DNA from: the human T2T-CHM13v2.0 reference genome, Homo sapiens
Length of the DNA stretch: 64,000 nt
Assembly: GCF_009914755.1 (NCBI RefSeq)
Contig: NC_060927.1
Direction: 5' to 3' (one strand)
The stretch's first letter is position 1, and each line of letters begins with the position of its first letter. Shown in pieces: positions 58,086-64,000 of the stretch. The notes under the pieces are model-generated. The model did no database searches, had not been told where the DNA came from, and saw only the letters and a program-made list of their open reading frames with translations. Position numbers and translations under genes: made by a program.

Positions 58086-58430
58086 GGATATTAATGTTTT
58101 ACATGTTACAAGCGTATAAAAATTTTCCCCCAATGTGACAATTTGTGTCAACAGGCAGGGAAGAAGTGAGGCCTGAGTTCACTCCAAGAGCCTCGGAGGA
58201 CCTGAGTCTTACTAACAACTACTGGAGTGAACTGGAAGGGGATCCTTCCCCAGCCTACGCTGGAGGTAAAACTTCAGCCTTGTGAGTGACCCTAAGCCAC
58301 ACCTATAGAAGCAGCCCACAGAAACAGTGGGATAATAAACATTCATGTTTTAGGCCATGAAGCTTTGAGGTAATTTGTCATGCAGCTTTAGACTGCTAAT
58401 TTCTTCATTACTTTCTACTTGGTGTTTCTA

Positions 58431-58599
58431 GAGGGCTCTTAAACTTTTTAATTTAACTTTATCGTGCTAAGTATCCCTTGACAGACTGATGAAGTCTATA
58501 GAGCATTCCTTATTATAATATTTTTAAATGTATAGAACGAGATACAAAGGATTACAAAGGAAACAAATTATATTGAAATCTGGGTTCAAAATCCCCCTG
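58431..58599 (+). mobile_element. hAT Charlie4-like MITE
   Basis: ttaaacttttt...tgaagtctat...aggattacaaaggaaacaaattatattgaaat...ccctg. Confidence 0.55.
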
Positions 58600-58929
58600 G
58601 TCCATTCCACTGTGTTTTAGTTAATGTGTTAGGCTCATACTGTTTTAATCTTACTAGCTGCATATTGGACATTTTGTAGGCAACTTTGTATCAGTTATTG
58701 TTTTTCACATTTTCTTTGCAATTCTCATGTTTATTCTATATTACAATTTCTCAATAATTTTGTTTATCCTTTCCAAAATGAATTGGGATTCTGATTGGAA
58801 AGGCATTCAATATATATATTAATTTGAGAAGCACTGACATTTTTACAATATGAGACTTTCTCTTCTATTTATTCAGATAGTGTTCTCTTTATACCTATGT
58901 TACTTTCTGCATCTTCTCTGAATAGTAAT

Positions 58930-59165
58930 AGTAATAACAATAACATTTAAATGTCATTTATTTGAGTATGTACTATGTGCTATACTGTGTGCTAAGTGTT
59001 TTACATATATTGGCTAGTTTAGTCCTCACTATGAAGTAAAGACATCATCCATTTCTTGACAGGAAAACTGAATCTCAGAGTTGTTAAATGTTTCCCACAG
59101 TAAAAAGAGTAGACTGGCTAACTGGTAAAATCTACCTGGAAATCGTGAGTTTTTTCTACTTGGCC
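58930..59165 (-). mobile_element. MIR
   Basis: tttgagtatgtactatgtgc...gtgctaagtgttttacat...aggaaaactgaatctcagag. Confidence 0.75.
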
Positions 59166-59195
59166 AAACCATCAATTTATGTTCTAGACCCATGC

Positions 59196-59861
59196 CTTCA
59201 CAATAATGTAAAGGGCAATGTCTTTTAATGTCCTACAGGACATATCACAATGAATAGACAGCTGCACGTGTGAAATTCCACATTTTCAAATTATAAAAAA
59301 TGCATTTGTAATAAAAAGTAAAGAGTCTAACTCCATTTTTGTTGTCTGACTGTTGACAGATTTCAAGCACCCCCTGTTCTTCTCTTCCCCTTGCTCCTTA
59401 TCTGGGCAAGATAACAAGAAAGTCCAGGTGCACTAGGTTGATTTAAAAAAATCCTGGGTGTATCTAGGCAAGCTGATGGGAAAATTGGGTGTACCTTTAG
59501 CACCAGTGGGAAGTTCAAACCACCCAAGTCCTAGCCCTTATGAGGGAGCTCTCTCTGAGCCCCCTCTAGCCTCCATCAAACTCCAAACTAGTTTTTCTTC
59601 CTTCTTCTCAAGCCATATTCAGACCTGCCTGGAGGCCTTCCCTGTTCTTCCCAGAAAGCCTCATTATGTGATTAATAAACCTTTTCATGCTCTCTTGGTG
59701 CATGTGTGCTATCATTTGTCTTAACATCTGAACCAAATTTTGAGTGAAGAGTCATCCTGATTAAGGTGAGTGACCACAGCAACATTGAATATTTCACTCA
59801 CTATTTTAGACATTGGTATTCGAGAACAATTGTTCCATAATAAGAGAATTTATTGAAGTAG
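59196..59861 (-). pseudogene. RNF213-like relic exon (186 nt after LTR removal), interrupted by an LTR
   Basis: Acceptor ttgcatctag; donor gaag|gcatgg (GC). Translation TSINSLIMEQLFSNTNV*NSE*NIQCIFYNLKMWNFTRAAVYSL*YVL*DIKRHCPLHYCE, no frameshift. Compare recalled RNF213 SSVISAISGQLQS...LNVYTQDI. Confidence 0.7.
59307..59781 (+). mobile_element. Old solo LTR (MER54-like, ERVL class)
   Basis: tg...ca ends; agagtctaactccatttt...tctgggcaag...gggaagttcaaacc...aataaacc; 5-bp TSD gcatt/acatt. Confidence 0.72.
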
Positions 59862-60235
59862 CTAGATGCAAGATAAACACCACAAAAGAAGCCACACTTT
59901 CCCTTTACACTATTTACTTACACTAGATTAATTTATCCCAAGGGCGTTTATTAAATACTTACTGTGTAGGCATACTATTCCAGGTGCTGTGAAAGATACC
60001 AAGGAATTTGTCACCAGGCAGTTATAAGGTTATCCTAGTTTTGGGAACAGAAATTTTAACTAAAAATATAAAGTCAAATACAGGGGAAAACCCTACAGAT
60101 TAATTCAACATACTATCTATGTTCTATTCCCTTATGGAAGAAAATTAATTTATAGCTACTTATTTCAAGCATTTACTATTCTAATCATTTGAGGAAATTA
60201 AATATTTCTTTTTGTTAGATAAAGCTAAAGCTTAC

Positions 60236-62028
60236 AATGGATGCTTTCTTTACGATTAAAAAACATTGAATGTTTGTCACTACAGCTTCCCTACAGATTT
60301 AAATTTCTTTGATCATGACATTTTTCAAAGTTGCTCACATGCCAACATAAAAGACTGTAGTTGAAGCACTGTAGTTGGAAGAATATAAGCTTTCAATTTT
60401 GTGAAGTCTACTTTACATCAGGTGTTGACACATTCATGCATGCATTTTTTTGCCAAGTATTTATGGTAAATTCACACATTAATTTAAAAAGGAGTGATAT
60501 ATGTGTAATATTATGATTTCAGAGTATATATTACCATTTATTTGAGTCTTATTTAGTGCTCCTCTATCAAATTTTATGCTTTTCTTTCAACTAGGTCTTG
60601 CATTTTTTTATTTACTTTAGGTCCCTTAATTTGTCTATGATGAATGATTTCCTTCCATTCCAATTTCTAATTGGTTGTTGCTCGTATAAAAGAAAATTAT
60701 TGCTTTTTGTGGTATTTATCTTGTATCTAGCTACTTTACTGAATTCTCTTATTAGTTTTAAGAAGTTCCTTATTATGGAAGTATATATCATCTGCTAATA
60801 ATAATAATAATAATAAATGTTTTCCCTCAAATTATATGTATCACTTATGCTATGTTTCTCTTAATTTATTAACTAGGACTTCCAAATGATGTTGGATAAT
60901 AATGCTAAGTGACCCTACTAGTCATATTCCTGATTTGAATAGGAATGCCATTTAGTAAGATGTTCATTCTTGGTTTCTATTCAACATTCTATCATATTTA
61001 GGAAGCTTCCTTCCTTTCCTAATTAGCTTTGATTCTTTTTTTGAAATTAGGAATAGGTGCTAAATTTTGAATTACCATGTTTAAAATGCTATTTGAACTT
61101 CTATATGGTCTACTGAATTCAAGCTTGCCTATCAGGAAACAGAACCAACAATAATGTTCCAAAAAAATCACTCATGTGTTAAACCAAAAAATAAAGAAAA
61201 GTACTTATGTGGCATAATTTATTTTCCTAGACAATCATCACAGTTCCCTTGTTTTTACTTCAGCCAAATATCAACTATCACTTTAAAACTTTTTGTTATC
61301 TTGAAAACAGCCTTGTAACTATAGTTTGAGGAATTGAAGAATGGCTGGAATATAGTTAACTTCATTAATTAACAGGGGCTGTGATTTCAGGAGGTTTTTG
61401 TTGTTATATGAATTATGTTTGACCTTATATATGATTCCAAGACTTATAGCCTTTTTATTTTTATATTCATTTAAACTAGGTACAAACCGAATGTATTAGG
61501 TAACAATGTACTTCTTTAAGTGGCACAGGTGGCTCCACGACAAGCCATACTTATCAAAATAAAAGAAATGGGAAAAAACAAGTAATATTCAGCAACACTT
61601 AACTAAGACTTTCCAAAGGGCTGTGACTTCTAAGGGGATAACAAAAGGAAAATACAGTTATTACATCTGTCTTCCAATTCATTTTCAAGTATATTTTGAA
61701 GTATGATTAATAGTTTTATAAATACTTTTCTCACTTCATCCACAGCTACAAAGAATTTCAAATTAATTCACTGTTTCTGACTCCATTCTTAATGGATTTT
61801 TAAAGTCCACGGCAACAAATCAATCCACTGTAGATTCAAATCTGTGAACCATAATATAGTCTTTTATATCCAGAAAGGAATAGGAATGCAACACAATAAA
61901 TGATGTTGTGAAATGTATTGGTGCCATTTACTCAGAACAAGAAAAGGAACATAGTCATTTCAAGATATTTAATTTCTAATACCAAAAGTAGTTATATTAT
62001 TTTACTTGTCCTAGGCAACTAATAGGCT
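60236..62028 (-). pseudogene. Large RNF213-like relic exon, split by an ancient L1
   Basis: Acceptor ttatttcag, donor att|gtaagc. Ordered motifs EPISCLGQ, FLVLSKWHQ, ILQFLKL*, LCHISTFLYFLV, SVDHIEV, DFTKLKAYIL are collinear with the recalled RNF213 C-terminal sequence. Many stops and frameshifts. Confidence 0.65.
60455..61072 (-). mobile_element. Ancient L1M ORF2 fragment
   Basis: tttatcttgtatctagctactttactgaattctcttattag...ctaggacttcc...ttaggaagcttccttc. Confidence 0.8.
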
Positions 62029-62189
62029 CTGAAATAACGACTTATCACATGCACACTATACACTATATATTTTAACATTTTAATTTTTTTCACCAGATAT
62101 TTGAGCCTTTAAAAGGGGCAAGATAAGATTAGAAATACTCAAGACATCAATCATTATAGCTTCACGGAAGCTATACTCATAAACGAAGG

Positions 62190-63725
62190 TGATATTATCC
62201 CTTGGAAAGCAAAAGAGTTTCAAAAACTGTCAACTGAAAAGCTTTTGAAGACTCACAAGTCAGAAAATTGTCAGGATCAAGGGCTGAAAAGTGTAAGAAT
62301 AGACCAATAGATCAATGGCACAAAATGGAGAGACTTAGAATAATCCCAAATATAATTGGGAACATGAAATCTGACAGAGGAGGGAGGTAGAGCAAATCAG
62401 TGAGAAAGGAAGACTCATTCAATAGAAGAGGCCAGGGACATCTGCTCTTTAGGTGGAAAATAATACAACTAGATCCACACATTTTCACGATTTCCAGATG
62501 GATTAAAATTAGAAGTGGCAAATGCAAAGAATTTACCAAAAAAACCCCCAATAAGATACTTATTTTCTATTAGGCTGGGGCACACTTACTTAAGGCACAA
62601 AAAGTGCAAACCGTCAAGGAGAACATCATCGTTTGTCTATACCAAAATGAAAATTTTGTGTATGAAAAAATACATCATAAACACAGTCAAGTTATAAGCT
62701 GCTGACTAGGCAAATTACTTGTAACACTGTGAGAGAACTAAGGTTTAATAATAATAAAATTACAAGATGGCAGCAAAATATATAATGCTTTGTACATGCC
62801 AGACTGTTTCAAGTGCCTGACATAAAAACTCATGTATTCTTTACAACAAATTTGTGGGTACTGTTATTCTTCCCACTTTTCAAAGGAAGTGATTTAATCA
62901 CAGAGACATTAAGTGACTTTTCCAAGGCTAATGATGCTAGTTAATGGCAGAGTGTGATATATAAAGATGGATAAATAAAAACAACAACAAAAAATGAATA
63001 ACCCAATAGAAAAAAAAGGCTATGGGCATGTAATTCATGAAAAAAGAAACTTGAATGGCAAATAGTACATTTGAAGACTGGCTCAATTGAACTATTAGTG
63101 AGAAAATGCAAATTAGAACACTGAGATACAATTTAACATCCATTAAATTGGCAAAATTTAAAAAGTCTGGAAACATCAAGTGTTGGTAAAGATATAACAA
63201 ATGTAAAGTTTTTGTATACAGCGGACATCCAGGTGAGTTTAAAAAGTTTGAAACTCTCCAGCTCAAGAACTATACTTTGGAGATTTTGCCACATGTGGGA
63301 ACAAAGAGTAGTAAACAAAGATATTCACTGAAGAACTGTATATGATAATTATAAATGTGAAAGACACAATTGTGCAAGTTTCAAAAGGATATATTCAACA
63401 AGAAAATGTATATCTAAATGATAAAAACATACAATATCACCATATGTTGTTTATGACGATATATATACAAGGTAAAGATTTTTGAAAACCCATAGTAATG
63501 ATACACATGGACTTCAAGTTAGTAGTTATCTCTAAGATGGGAAAAAGAAAAATGGGGGTTGAACTTTTTATTTCTAAAGGAAAAACTTTATAGGAATTAA
63601 ACTTGGAAAAACATTAGCATATGTTAAATGTGTACAATAGGGACATGGGAATAAGTTATATTGTTTTTAGTGCTTTTCTGTATGTTCTAAATATTTCAAA
63701 ATTAAATTTATTTTTCAAATTAATT
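62190..63725 (+). mobile_element. Ancient L1M ORF2 end and 3' UTR with a nested MIR (about 62770-62960, minus)
   Basis: aatagaccaatagatcaatggcacaaaatggagag...gagaaaatgcaaattagaac...aaattggcaaaatttaaaaagtctgg. Confidence 0.75.
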
Positions 63726-63784
63726 ATGCTGTAAAAATTTAAAGAAAAAGAGGTACTGTGAATGCAAGAACCATGAGAACATAC

Positions 63785-63985
63785 ATGGCCATGAAAGGGA
63801 GATGCTGTGCAGTGAAGAGCAGGTTGAAGAATGATTTTATTTGAAGAAAGTCCTGTGGGCAGTAAGAGACAGAAGGAGAGAAAGAACCTTTCAAATTTGA
63901 GAAAGCAGAAATCACAAACTGCTGACCACTGAGCCCAATATAGCCAGAAGACATGCATGTTTAGTCAGCCCAGAAATATTCAAAT
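63785..63985 (-). pseudogene. Putative RNF213-like relic exon immediately after the RZ-finger region
   Basis: Acceptor attcag, donor cat|gtatgt. AD*TCMSSGYIG then (frameshift) FERFFLSFCLLL. Compare recalled RNF213 ADRTQTGHVLG and LIRLLTHLALLL. Confidence 0.5.
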
Positions 63986-64000
63986 CTGAATATTTTTATG

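Noticed and set aside
61330-61370. EVNYIPAILQF as the equivalent of RNF213 LVKFLPEILAL
   Set aside because: Spacing fits better with FPFL...HLCHLKKYI at about 61505-61575, with ILQFLKL* matching ITVFLSTW
61740-61870. NLQWIDLLPW...FEIL on minus as a retroviral integrase remnant
   Set aside because: The upstream HPQS.G..ER motif is absent and there is no other pol context; the surrounding collinear motifs fit the RNF213-like reading better

Overview
Primate (human-like) AT-rich genomic DNA with no intact protein-coding gene, RNA gene or CpG island. A large fraction is interspersed repeat: L1 of several ages, 12 Alus, L2/MIR, MaLR/ERV solo LTRs, and hAT/Tigger DNA transposons. Almost all ORFs in the track are repeat-derived or chance frames. 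The main finding is on the minus strand at about 57.1-64.0 kb. Four repeat-free islands with splice signals translate, through stops and frameshifts, into a collinear series of motifs matching the C-terminal region of RNF213 (mysterin)-family E3 ligases, from just after the RZ finger to the C-terminus. One exon becomes a 186-nt frame-preserving exon when an LTR and one TSD copy are removed. I read this as the 3' end of an ancient, intron-containing RNF213-like paralog that is now a pseudogene. The RNF213 comparison is by eye against a sequence recalled from memory and needs tBLASTn/HMM confirmation. Other findings: two 5'-inverted (twin-primed) L1s, one primed at the homologous position of an older L1; a 173-bp local duplication with a fold-back junction; several snap-back/palindrome scars; and a young AluY. 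Subfamily names and boundaries of old repeats are approximate.
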